DNA of 64,000 nucleotides from an uncultured Oscillospiraceae bacterium (GTDB lineage: Bacteria > Bacillota > Clostridia > Oscillospirales > SIG627), in assembly GCA_964558655.1 (NCBI GenBank), contig CAZLEX010000004.1, positions 6,796 through 70,795 on the forward strand. Direction: 5' to 3'. Under the pieces are notes generated by a model. It searched no databases. It was not told where the DNA came from and was given only the letters and a program-made list of their open reading frames with translations. The translations under genes were made by a program, and so were the position numbers. Of the stretch, positions 10,474-18,588 are shown one piece after another. The number at the start of each line of letters is the position of its first letter. The stretch's first letter is position 1.

Positions 10474-11043
10474 ATGAAAGTACAAAACCTGAATAATTCA
10501 TCAAGAAAAACGAAAAAACTCATAAAAAAGGTATTCGCCGAAATGCTTTCGGAAAAAAAAGCTCCCGGAAAAATTTCAGTGTGCGAACTTTGTACTCGTG
10601 CCGACATAAGTCGCGGAACATTTTATTCGCATTACGACGATATTTACGGCGTTGCCGAAGATTACGAAAACGAACTCATAGACGCTTTTTTCGACAGTAC
10701 CCGCCTGTTCGGCTCAAAAGACATTATGCAATTCATAGATTCGATATTTGAATTTATAAGGCAAAACGACGAAAACTACCGCTTACTGTGTAAATCAAAC
10801 GATCTTTTTTTCGCCACAAAAAAATTGATGGCTGTTGTTACGCAAAAACTTCTGGAACTTTGCAACAACGACATTCGTATAAAAAAGAAAGATTATATAG
10901 ATATTGAAATTCTGATTTTTTTGGAAGGTATTCTGTGCGAATATGTAAAACTATGCAGAGGATATTCCAAAAAAAGTCTTGACGATCTGTATGATTATAC
11001 AAAATTTTGGGTTAAAAATTTTATTTCCGCACACTCGATTTAA
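10474..11043 (+). CDS. TetR/AcrR family transcriptional regulator
   Basis: ATG at 10474 follows GGAGG (the track start at 10444 is a GTG). N-terminal HTH reads ISVCELCTRADISRGTFYSHY. Divergent from the ABC operon. Confidence 0.85.
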   Translation: MKVQNLNNSSRKTKKLIKKVFAEMLSEKKAPGKISVCELCTRADISRGTFYSHYDDIYGVAEDYENELIDAFFDSTRLFGSKDIMQFIDSIFEFIRQNDENYRLLCKSNDLFFATKKLMAVVTQKLLELCNNDIRIKKKDYIDIEILIFLEGILCEYVKLCRGYSKKSLDDLYDYTKFWVKNFISAHSI

Positions 11044-11111
11044 CTATTGCATTTTGTAAAAATGTGTGTATAATGAATATTGGATTTTTGTTTAAAAAAC
11101 GGAGCTTAATT

Positions 11112-11384
11112 ATGGAATATACTTACAAAACTAAGGGCACCTGTTCGTCCGAGATATCTTTCGAATTAAACGACGGACACATTTACAATGTCAATTTCAA
11201 AGGCGGCTGCAACGGAAATCTGAAAGCAGTTGCTTCTCTCGTTAACGGACTAACGGTTGAAGAAATAGAAAACAGAATAAAAGGTATCCGATGCGGATTC
11301 AAATCCACTTCCTGCCCCGACCAACTTGCTATCGCAGTGAGAGAGGCTCTCCTTGCCGCCGAAACGGAGAATAAGAATGTTTAA
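11112..11384 (+). CDS. TSCPD-domain small protein (TIGR03905-like, 4-Cys)
   Basis: MEYTYKTKGTCSSEISFELNDGHIYNVNFKGGCNGN...CGFKSTSCPDQ. ATG at 11112 follows a GGAG. Confidence 0.75.
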   Translation: MEYTYKTKGTCSSEISFELNDGHIYNVNFKGGCNGNLKAVASLVNGLTVEEIENRIKGIRCGFKSTSCPDQLAIAVREALLAAETENKNV

Positions 11385-12738
11385 ACGCCGTACCGTTGAA
11401 ATGACAGACGGTCCAATCATCAAAAATCTCTGGAAGTTTGCGTTTCCTGTCATGCTTTCCGGGATACTTCAGCTTCTTTACAATGCGGCTGATATTATTG
11501 TGCTCGGACGCTTTTCGGGACACACATCTCTTGCCGCCGTCGGCTCAACATCTTCTCTTATCACGCTGATAACCAATTTCGCTATCGGACTTTCGGTAGG
11601 TGTTAATGTCATCATTGCCCGTCATATAGGTTCCGACGATCCCGAGCGTACCGATAAAGCACTTCACACGGCAGCTACCGTTGCCGTTTTTTCCGGCCTG
11701 ATTTCTTTTATCATAGGTTTTTTCATCTCGCATCAGGCACTTGAATGGATGGGATCTCCCTCTGATGTCATAGATAAATCAACTCTTTATTTAAAAATTT
11801 ATTTTATAGGCGTACCCGCATCAATCATTTACAATTTCGGAAGTGCCGCTCTTCGTTCGGCGGGAGATACAACAAGACCTTTGTGGTTTTTAACGATATC
11901 CGGAATTATAAATGTCGTGTTGAACCTTATTTTCGTAATTGTTTTTCATCTCGATGTAGCCGGAGTTGCAATAGCGACAGCGGTATCCCAATATGTATCT
12001 GCAATACTCGTTGTCATTGCTTTGATAAAAGGGCAGGGATATTTAATTTTTCGCTTTAAATCCATTTGCTTCGACCGCCGTGAATTTGCGGAAATAATAA
12101 AACTCGGTATCCCGGCCGCAATTCAGGGAATGACTTTTTCGGTTTCAAATGTAATTTTGCAATCGGCGGTAAACTCTTTCGACAGCTCTCTTGTAATTGC
12201 GGGAAACTCTGCGGCAAGTAATGTGGAAAGTTTCATTTATACCGTTATGAACTCTTTTTATCACGCTTCAATGACATTTACAAGCCAAAACATCGGAGCT
12301 CACAAGGCAAACCGTATTCCGAAAATCATCTTTTCCTCCTGTTTCCTTTCATTTATATCGTGGTTTGTTATCACATCTGTCGTACTTACATTTCCGAAAA
12401 CCCTTCTCGGCTTTTATACAAGCGAACCGGCTGCCATAAGAATCGGTATTCAGCGTTTCAACCTTGTAGCAATGACCTACATTCTTTGCGGAATTATGGA
12501 TATATCTACCGGAGTTTTACGCGGTTCCGGATATTCATTGGCATCAATGATTATTTCGATTGTCGGAGTATGCGGAGTGAGAATTGTTTGGATTTTTACC
12601 GTGTTCAAACGGATTCACACATTTAATGTACTGTTCATGTGTTATCCTCTTTCCTGGTTACCGGTAATTATTGCGAATTTTCTGTTCTTTTTCTACATAT
12701 ACCGTAAAAAGCTAAAAAAAACCGACGCACTTTTTTAA
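11377..12738 (+). CDS. MATE family efflux transporter
   Basis: 12 TM helices with a MatE-type N-terminus NLWKFAFPVMLSGILQLLYNAADIIVLGRF. The start overlaps the TSCPD gene by 8 nt. Confidence 0.9.
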   Translation: MFKRRTVEMTDGPIIKNLWKFAFPVMLSGILQLLYNAADIIVLGRFSGHTSLAAVGSTSSLITLITNFAIGLSVGVNVIIARHIGSDDPERTDKALHTAATVAVFSGLISFIIGFFISHQALEWMGSPSDVIDKSTLYLKIYFIGVPASIIYNFGSAALRSAGDTTRPLWFLTISGIINVVLNLIFVIVFHLDVAGVAIATAVSQYVSAILVVIALIKGQGYLIFRFKSICFDRREFAEIIKLGIPAAIQGMTFSVSNVILQSAVNSFDSSLVIAGNSAASNVESFIYTVMNSFYHASMTFTSQNIGAHKANRIPKIIFSSCFLSFISWFVITSVVLTFPKTLLGFYTSEPAAIRIGIQRFNLVAMTYILCGIMDISTGVLRGSGYSLASMIISIVGVCGVRIVWIFTVFKRIHTFNVLFMCYPLSWLPVIIANFLFFFYIYRKKLKKTDALF

Positions 12739-12755
12739 TGCGTCGGTTAATTTTA
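12713..12755. terminator. bidirectional intrinsic terminator (MATE gene / carboxypeptidase gene)
   Basis: AACCGACGCA-loop-TGCGTCGGTT flanked by an A-run and a T-rich run. Confidence 0.6.
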
Positions 12756-13772
12756 TATGTATTCTTCAAAAAATTTCAAAGTGTCGTAAACAGGAGTATA
12801 TCTGCTCGTCCCGCCGCCGATTACGGCAATGTAAGTTTTATCGTTTTTAACGGCTAAACTTGCGAGGCAATGCCCCGATTGTACGGTATATCCGGTTTTC
12901 CCGCCTACTATATTAACTCCGTCAATACTGTCTTTTGATACCCTCTCAAACATGGTGCTTTTTAACAGAAGCCCATCGGGGTGCTGAGCCGTAGAAGTTG
13001 TTGTGTACTCCTCTGCCGAAAGAATTTTACGGCAAAGTTCATTGTTCATTGCACAATCCATTATTACCGCCATATCGTAAGCCGTTGTATAATGTTCGGC
13101 ATCGTGAAGACCGCTTGTATTTGTAAAATGAGTTCCGTCAAGCCCTAACTCTTCAGCCTTTTCGTTCATCAGCGTGACAAACGCTTCTTCGCTTCCCGAT
13201 ACATACAACGCAACCGAAACACAAGCATCGGCTCCCGACGGCAAGATAATTCCGTACAGTAAGTCAAGTATCGTAACGGTTTCTCCGGATTCGAGCCCGG
13301 TACGCGTTGCCTGCTGTTCAACAAGAGGATTGATTACCTCATAACTCATTGTATATTCATCATAAAGATTTTCTATATTCTCAACGGCAACGATAAGAGT
13401 CATAATTTTTGTCATGGAAGCGGGATACATACGCATCGACGAATTCTTAGAAGAAATTACGGATTCATCATCTGTGCAAACAAGTATTGCGTATTCTGAT
13501 TCTATATCGTTTCCGGCAACAGTTGATGTGTCAAGAAATTTCGGAGAAATGGGAATATATTTGTTTTCGACCGTAAAATCGCTTGTATGGAAAGTGGGAA
13601 TCGAAACCGAATATCTGACAAGCTTATCCGAATTGTCAGCCAAATCTTCATTATCATTTCTTGAAAATGCGTCAATCAAATCAAAAAAACCTTTAAATAC
13701 GAAAAAACCCACAGCAAAAAATAAAACAAGCAAAACGGTAAGACGCCCGGATTTTAATTTCCTTTTTTTCAT
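12753..13772 (-). CDS. D-alanyl-D-alanine carboxypeptidase (peptidase S11, low-MW PBP)
   Basis: N-terminal TM anchor. SxxK motif ASMTK, SGAD, and KTG motif GKTGYT. Confidence 0.85.
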   Translation of the reverse strand: MKKRKLKSGRLTVLLVLFFAVGFFVFKGFFDLIDAFSRNDNEDLADNSDKLVRYSVSIPTFHTSDFTVENKYIPISPKFLDTSTVAGNDIESEYAILVCTDDESVISSKNSSMRMYPASMTKIMTLIVAVENIENLYDEYTMSYEVINPLVEQQATRTGLESGETVTILDLLYGIILPSGADACVSVALYVSGSEEAFVTLMNEKAEELGLDGTHFTNTSGLHDAEHYTTAYDMAVIMDCAMNNELCRKILSAEEYTTTSTAQHPDGLLLKSTMFERVSKDSIDGVNIVGGKTGYTVQSGHCLASLAVKNDKTYIAVIGGGTSRYTPVYDTLKFFEEYI

Positions 13773-13888
13773 TTTTATAACCCCATGAAATTACTACTCT
13801 TTCAGTTTATCACAAAATCACTCTGATGTCGACATATTTTTTTACTTTTTTCAACAATTTACAAATTTAAAAATTTATCGTCAACCTA

Positions 13889-13917
13889 TTGAAAAAAATC
13901 AATATGTCGGTTATAAT
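13889..13917 (+). promoter_or_regulatory. promoter TTGAAA-17-TATAAT
   Basis: Hexamers at 13889-13894 and 13912-13917, upstream of the AI-2E transporter gene. Confidence 0.55.
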
Positions 13918-13949
13918 AAAATTCAAAGAGAAAATAGAAGGGGTATGTT

Positions 13950-15107
13950 ATGAAATTTGAATGGAAATCTTTGTGGAAAGTCGGCGTTGTCGTATTCGTT
14001 TTCTGCCTTCTGTGGAAGTATATCGACTTGGCGTATAATCTTCTGATCACAATAATTTCCGCTCTAATTCCCCTTTTTGTAGGTGCCATAATCGCATTTT
14101 TTATAAATATTCTTTTGTCTTTCTATGAAAACAAAATTTTTCAAAAAATAAAAAAACCGTCATTTGCGAAAGCAATACGCCCATTGTCTCTCGTATCGGC
14201 AATTCTGACGGTTATCGCAATGATCGTTGCTGTGTTCAGCATTGTCTTACCGCAGTTTTTTTCTTGCCTTAAACTTATTATCAATCTTTTTCCGAATGTC
14301 ATGAAATGGATAACCGAACAGCTTTCTCATTTTGAAATTGTTCCGGACAATATCCTTACTGCCCTGTCCGGCACAGACTGGAATTCAAAAATAGAACAAA
14401 TCATTTCCGTACTGACAAACGGTCTCGGGAATACCGTACAGCTGATTTTCTCCACCATAACAAGCGTTTTCTCGTGGCTTGTCACGACGCTGTTAAGTAT
14501 CATCTTCGCATTTTATCTTCTTGCATCGAAAGATAAACTCGCAAGGCAATCCAAAAGACTTATTACGGCATATCTTCCGCAAAAAGTATCTCACAAAATT
14601 TTTTATGTTTGCCATGTTTTTATTGAAACTTTCAGAAAGTATGTAATAGGACAGTGCACCGAAGCGTTAATTTTAGGGGTACTTTGTATACTCGGAATGT
14701 TAATTCTTCGCTTGCCTTATGCCGCAATGATAGGTGTTCTTATCGCTGTTACCGCTCTTATACCCATTGCCGGTGCATATGTCGGTGCTGCGGTCGGGGC
14801 ACTCATGATTGTTACGGTTTCGCCGACAAAAGCTCTCATATTCTTGGTTTTTCTGATTATACTTCAGCAAATTGAGGGAAATATTATTTATCCGAAAGTT
14901 GTCGGTACATCAATAGGTCTTCCGGGAATTTGGGTGCTTGTTGCCGTTACGGTCGGCGGAAGCGTTATGGGGATTTTGGGAATGTTGCTCGGTGTTCCGC
15001 TTACCGCAAGCATTTACAGAATTCTTCGCCACGATTTGCGAAAACGCACTTCATCAAACGATAATACAAAAGAGGCAGATGTTCGTAATACGGAAAATAC
15101 GCCTTGA
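13950..15107 (+). CDS. AI-2E family transporter (PerM/UPF0118)
   Basis: Multi-TM protein with the conserved LQQIEGNIIYPKVVG region. Confidence 0.85.
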   Translation: MKFEWKSLWKVGVVVFVFCLLWKYIDLAYNLLITIISALIPLFVGAIIAFFINILLSFYENKIFQKIKKPSFAKAIRPLSLVSAILTVIAMIVAVFSIVLPQFFSCLKLIINLFPNVMKWITEQLSHFEIVPDNILTALSGTDWNSKIEQIISVLTNGLGNTVQLIFSTITSVFSWLVTTLLSIIFAFYLLASKDKLARQSKRLITAYLPQKVSHKIFYVCHVFIETFRKYVIGQCTEALILGVLCILGMLILRLPYAAMIGVLIAVTALIPIAGAYVGAAVGALMIVTVSPTKALIFLVFLIILQQIEGNIIYPKVVGTSIGLPGIWVLVAVTVGGSVMGILGMLLGVPLTASIYRILRHDLRKRTSSNDNTKEADVRNTENTP

Positions 15108-15111
15108 TTTA

Positions 15112-15149
15112 TAAAAAAATTGTGCAGCCGTAAGCTGCACAATTTTTTG
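15112..15149. terminator. bidirectional intrinsic terminator
   Basis: A7-TTGTGCAGC-cgtaa-GCTGCACAA-T6, between two convergent genes. Confidence 0.7.
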
Positions 15150-15170
15150 CATAATCTCTTATACACAGGC

Positions 15171-15425
15171 TCAATTATCGGTATTTTCCGATATTTTTCG
15201 AATACATTCACGGCATATGTGTTTGTCCCCGAACTCTTTTAAATCTTCCGCCCGAGAACAAAAAACACAAGTCTCCGTTTTCTTTGTTATAACTATTTCT
15301 CCGTCATCGTTCAAATTCATCTCAAGCATATCACCGGATTCGATACCTAAAATTTTACGAAATGTTTTTGGTATCACAATTCTCCCGAGTTCGTCAATAG
15401 CACGCATATCGCCTTTTGCCTTCAT
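15171..15425 (-). CDS. abrB: AbrB-type transition-state regulator (SpoVT/AbrB swapped-hairpin domain plus C-terminal CxxC...CxxC)
   Basis: ATG at 15423-15425 follows AAAAGGAGGAAG. MKAKGDMRAIDELGRIVIPKTFRKILGI is the AbrB N-domain. The C-terminus reads CVFCS...CRECI, as I recall for clostridial AbrB homologues. Confidence 0.75.
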   Translation of the reverse strand: MKAKGDMRAIDELGRIVIPKTFRKILGIESGDMLEMNLNDDGEIVITKKTETCVFCSRAEDLKEFGDKHICRECIRKISENTDN

Positions 15426-15528
15426 CTTTCTTCCTCCTTTTATCACTTCCGTTTTGAACCGCCTGATTTTTTACTCTTCAAAAATCAAGCAAAGCCGTTT
15501 CGACGGTTTTTTCCGTCTTTTCGCACTT

Positions 15529-15537
15529 ATTATACCA
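15529..15537 (-). promoter_or_regulatory. candidate proximal promoter P2 (extended -10 TGgTATAAT, no clear -35)
   Basis: Minus strand reads TGGTATAAT about 105 nt upstream of the abrB ATG. A Spo0A-box-like CGTCGAA lies about 16-22 nt downstream of the predicted start (15499-15505). Confidence 0.35.
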
Positions 15538-15687
15538 TAAACCCAAAGGCGATAGCCTTTGAATCGGCGTAGCCGTCGTCGCACCGCAGTGCGACCGGTT
15601 TAATGATACAATGTTCTCAAACAAAATTTTAAATTTTTCAAATGCGTGAGCATTTTGACGGCGTTCCACCGCCGTCGGTTTGAGGTT

Positions 15688-15716
15688 ATTTTACCACAAT
15701 TTCCATTATTTGTCAA
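15688..15716 (-). promoter_or_regulatory. strong distal promoter P1: TTGACA-17-TGgTAAAAT
   Basis: Minus strand has TTGACA (15711-15716), a 17-nt spacer ending in TGG, and TAAAAT (15688-15693). It would start a transcript near 15681, about 255 nt upstream of the abrB ATG. Confidence 0.6.
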
Positions 15717-15767
15717 TAATATTTCCCAAATTTTTCCATTTTTCTTGTTTAACGGCAAAAATCCCTT

Positions 15768-15805
15768 TTAAAAAAACAAACGAGCTCGGTATTTCGACCG
15801 AGCTC
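15768..15805 (-). terminator. intrinsic terminator after the GH127 gene
   Basis: Minus strand: GAGCTCGGT-cgaaat-ACCGAGCTC followed by GTTTGTTTTTTT. Confidence 0.7.
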
Positions 15806-15870
15806 ATCGTTAAACATTCAATTTCAATTTTACACGAAATAACGATATTAAATACATCAAATGTTCAAAA

Positions 15871-17655
15871 TCATCTGATATTAAACCAAACGCACATATT
15901 GCTTTCCCCTCTGTTTGCAAAAGAGGCATACGGAATCATACGAAGAGTAAAATCTTCAAACACCTCATCATATTTTGAATAAAGATTTTCATCGGTAATT
16001 TTTCTGAATGATTTTACATTAACTTTAAATCCGTCCATCTCGTCGGAATACTCAAAATCGGCGATAAAATTCTTATCGATAAAAATGCTGTGCAGATTTT
16101 CAATATTATCGACAGACTCAGCGGCACAAATATACGGACCGCAAACAACGGCAACTTTACCGCAATTTTCCGATACATTGGAATTACTTTGTATAAGAAA
16201 AGGAACCATCGGTAATTTTACTTTTATTGCTCCTTCGGGATTCTCTATTACGGCATACCCATTTTCTTCTCTGTAATCGGCACTTACAGAAAAATTACGA
16301 CACCACGAAGGTATTCTTATGCAAAGTTTCTTTACATTTTCTGCAATAAATGTAATTTCGTCACTTTTCGGAAAATCGGTTATTTGCGAAATGCTCATCT
16401 CTCCGATTTTCGCCTCAGATCCGGCAAATTGATTTACATATATCGTGCCGTTTTCATAACCGTAAATATAATCTCCGAGCGAAGAGAGAACTCTGTTTAA
16501 ATTAGGCGGACAGCATGAACAGCCGAACACTTCAACTCTGGTAGTTATGGCATAAATTTCACCATTGCGTTTACGGTCACTGAGATTTATTTCCAACGGA
16601 TTTTCATAGAAAAAAGCTTTACCGTCCAAAGAAAGTCCGGATATCATGGCATTGTACAAAATTCTTTCCGTAATTTCGGCATATTCGGATTTATTTTCAA
16701 ACATCTCCATACGGTGTGCAAAAAACATAAGAGAAATTGCGGCACAAGTTTCGGTATATGCGGTACTGTTTCTCAAATCGTACGGCACACAAAAATCTTC
16801 TTTACGCGACGAACCGATACCGCCGGTTATATACATTTTTCCGCGAACAATATCATCGAAAATTGTTTTACATACTTTATATAGTTCTTCATCGTTTGTT
16901 TCGTATGCCAAATCGGCCATAGCCGAATACAAATAACAGGCTCTTACACAATGTCCGACAGCCTCAGTCTGTTCTCTCACGGGGGCGTGGCTTTGATTGT
17001 CAATATTCGTACTCACACCTTCGTCCCAAACACCTCGATTGTTAATGAAAAATGCCGATAAATCAAGATATTTTCTGTTACCAGTCACACGCCACAGGCG
17101 TATAAGAGCAAGCTCTATTTCTTCATGGCCGGGAGTAACAAACTTTGCCGATTTTTCATCGACGAAAACTTTATATATATAATTATAATCGGCATATTTT
17201 TCCATGAGCTTTAAAAATCTGTCTTTACCCGTACATTCATAATATGCGACTGCCGCCTCAATGAGATGTCCCGCACAATAAAGTTCATGCATCGGTCTCT
17301 GCGTAAAGCGTTTTTCCGGTTCGCATACCGTAAAATATATATTGAAATATCCGTCTTCTCCCTGATTTTTTTCAATGTTGTCAATTATATTTTCGACTTT
17401 GTCTTCAAGTTCCTGATTATCTTCCTTTTGAAGAATGTATGCTGCACCTTCAATCCATTTTGCAACATCGGAATCCCAAAAGAAGTGAGGTTTTTTGTCC
17501 ATACCTTCTTTCCAGTCGCAACGAAAAGCCTCTATTCTTCCCGTTTCGTAAAAACGATCATATACCGCATTAATCGTAATATCCTTATTCAAGTTTTGCT
17601 TTTCGTGAAAAAATCCACTGTTTATGGAAACATTTTTTAATCCGATATGTTTCAC
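15871..17655 (-). CDS. glycoside hydrolase family 127 (beta-L-arabinofuranosidase, DUF1680)
   Basis: GTG start with an AAGGAGGA RBS. Carries ETCAAISL and CSCCPPNLNR, which match the Glu/Cys zinc site and the Cys nucleophile region of HypBA1-type enzymes. Confidence 0.88.
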   Translation of the reverse strand: MKHIGLKNVSINSGFFHEKQNLNKDITINAVYDRFYETGRIEAFRCDWKEGMDKKPHFFWDSDVAKWIEGAAYILQKEDNQELEDKVENIIDNIEKNQGEDGYFNIYFTVCEPEKRFTQRPMHELYCAGHLIEAAVAYYECTGKDRFLKLMEKYADYNYIYKVFVDEKSAKFVTPGHEEIELALIRLWRVTGNRKYLDLSAFFINNRGVWDEGVSTNIDNQSHAPVREQTEAVGHCVRACYLYSAMADLAYETNDEELYKVCKTIFDDIVRGKMYITGGIGSSRKEDFCVPYDLRNSTAYTETCAAISLMFFAHRMEMFENKSEYAEITERILYNAMISGLSLDGKAFFYENPLEINLSDRKRNGEIYAITTRVEVFGCSCCPPNLNRVLSSLGDYIYGYENGTIYVNQFAGSEAKIGEMSISQITDFPKSDEITFIAENVKKLCIRIPSWCRNFSVSADYREENGYAVIENPEGAIKVKLPMVPFLIQSNSNVSENCGKVAVVCGPYICAAESVDNIENLHSIFIDKNFIADFEYSDEMDGFKVNVKSFRKITDENLYSKYDEVFEDFTLRMIPYASFANRGESNMCVWFNIR

Positions 17656-17830
17656 AGTTCTTCCTCCTTAATTTCCTGTTGACAAAACATTTTTTATCAT
17701 TATAATAAAAATTGAAAGTTTTAACAAGTGAAATAATTTGAAATAAAGTGAGAATTTCAAACATGATAACATTAAACGAAAGCGGTAATATAGAATATGT
17801 TTCGTCGGGACTTTTTAAATCCGATTTTCT

Positions 17831-18550
17831 TTGGTGTCACCCACGAAGATAATCGACACATACGAAATCATTTTCATGTATGAGGGAACGGCATGGATAT
17901 GTGAAGACGGAACAGAATACATTTTAAATAAAGACGATATGCTTTTTCTTGAACCGAGCAAAGAACATTACGGTTTCCGAACATCTGAAAATTTTGTTTC
18001 GTTTTCATGGATACATTTTCATACGGACTGTGAAAAATACAAAAATTTACCGAAATATTTTCATATCTCAAATTCGACGGCATTAAAAGCACTGTTTTCG
18101 CAATGTTTGCATATTGTCAATACTCCGATTTACGACAATGTATGTGCCGATCTTTATACAGCACTGTATATTGAAGAAATTATATACGGAACCAAAAATT
18201 TTGTTTCACAAAATTATCTTGCATCGCAAATAAAAGAATACATCACTCTTAACACGGAAAAATCAATATGTATCAAAAACATTGCGAAACAATTCGGATA
18301 TCACGAAAACCATATAAGCCGTGTTTTTAAAAACGCTTACGGAATAACACTGAAAAAATATATCGATTGCCGTAAATTAGAGTATTCCAAAACCCTTTTA
18401 AATACAACGCTGTATCCAATCGGTCAAATTTCTCAAATGCTGTCATTTAAAAGCGAAAATCACTTCATAAAGTTTTTTAAATATCACACACATATTACTC
18501 CGTCAGAATACAGAAATACTTTCACCGCAACACACGTTAACAAATCATGA
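17831..18550 (+). CDS. AraC family transcriptional regulator (5' end apparently frameshifted, see findings)
   Basis: The C-terminus has a double HTH (IKNIAKQFGYHENHISRVFK ... ISQMLSFKSENHFIKFFKYHTHITPSEYR). The N-terminus is cupin-like. The track start is a TTG without an RBS. Confidence 0.7.
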   Translation: MVSPTKIIDTYEIIFMYEGTAWICEDGTEYILNKDDMLFLEPSKEHYGFRTSENFVSFSWIHFHTDCEKYKNLPKYFHISNSTALKALFSQCLHIVNTPIYDNVCADLYTALYIEEIIYGTKNFVSQNYLASQIKEYITLNTEKSICIKNIAKQFGYHENHISRVFKNAYGITLKKYIDCRKLEYSKTLLNTTLYPIGQISQMLSFKSENHFIKFFKYHTHITPSEYRNTFTATHVNKS

Positions 18551-18553
18551 CGC

Positions 18554-18588
18554 AAAAAATCCGTCCTTAAAAGGACGGATTTTTTTTA
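18554..18588. terminator. bidirectional intrinsic terminator
   Basis: A6-TCCGTCCTT-aa-AAGGACGGA-T8, between two convergent genes. Confidence 0.75.

Noticed and set aside
15171-15425. The AbrB/MazE-fold protein as the antitoxin of a toxin-antitoxin pair.
   Set aside because: No partner ORF is present. A terminator follows immediately, and 424 nt of non-coding DNA precede it. The CxxC...CxxC C-terminus matches what I recall of clostridial AbrB regulators.
15478-15669. 63-aa minus-strand ORF inside the abrB upstream region.
   Set aside because: It has a GTG start with no Shine-Dalgarno sequence, which lies inside a 7-bp hairpin. The ORF runs through several strong RNA helices and the candidate P2 promoter. 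I treat the region as non-coding RNA or leader.
15657-15676. GGCGGTGGAACGCC resembles the T-box core GGGTGGTACCGCG.
   Set aside because: It lies at the 5' end of the putative transcript rather than next to a terminator/antiterminator. I saw no specifier loop or stem I features. The downstream gene is a regulator, not an aminoacyl-tRNA synthetase or amino-acid gene.
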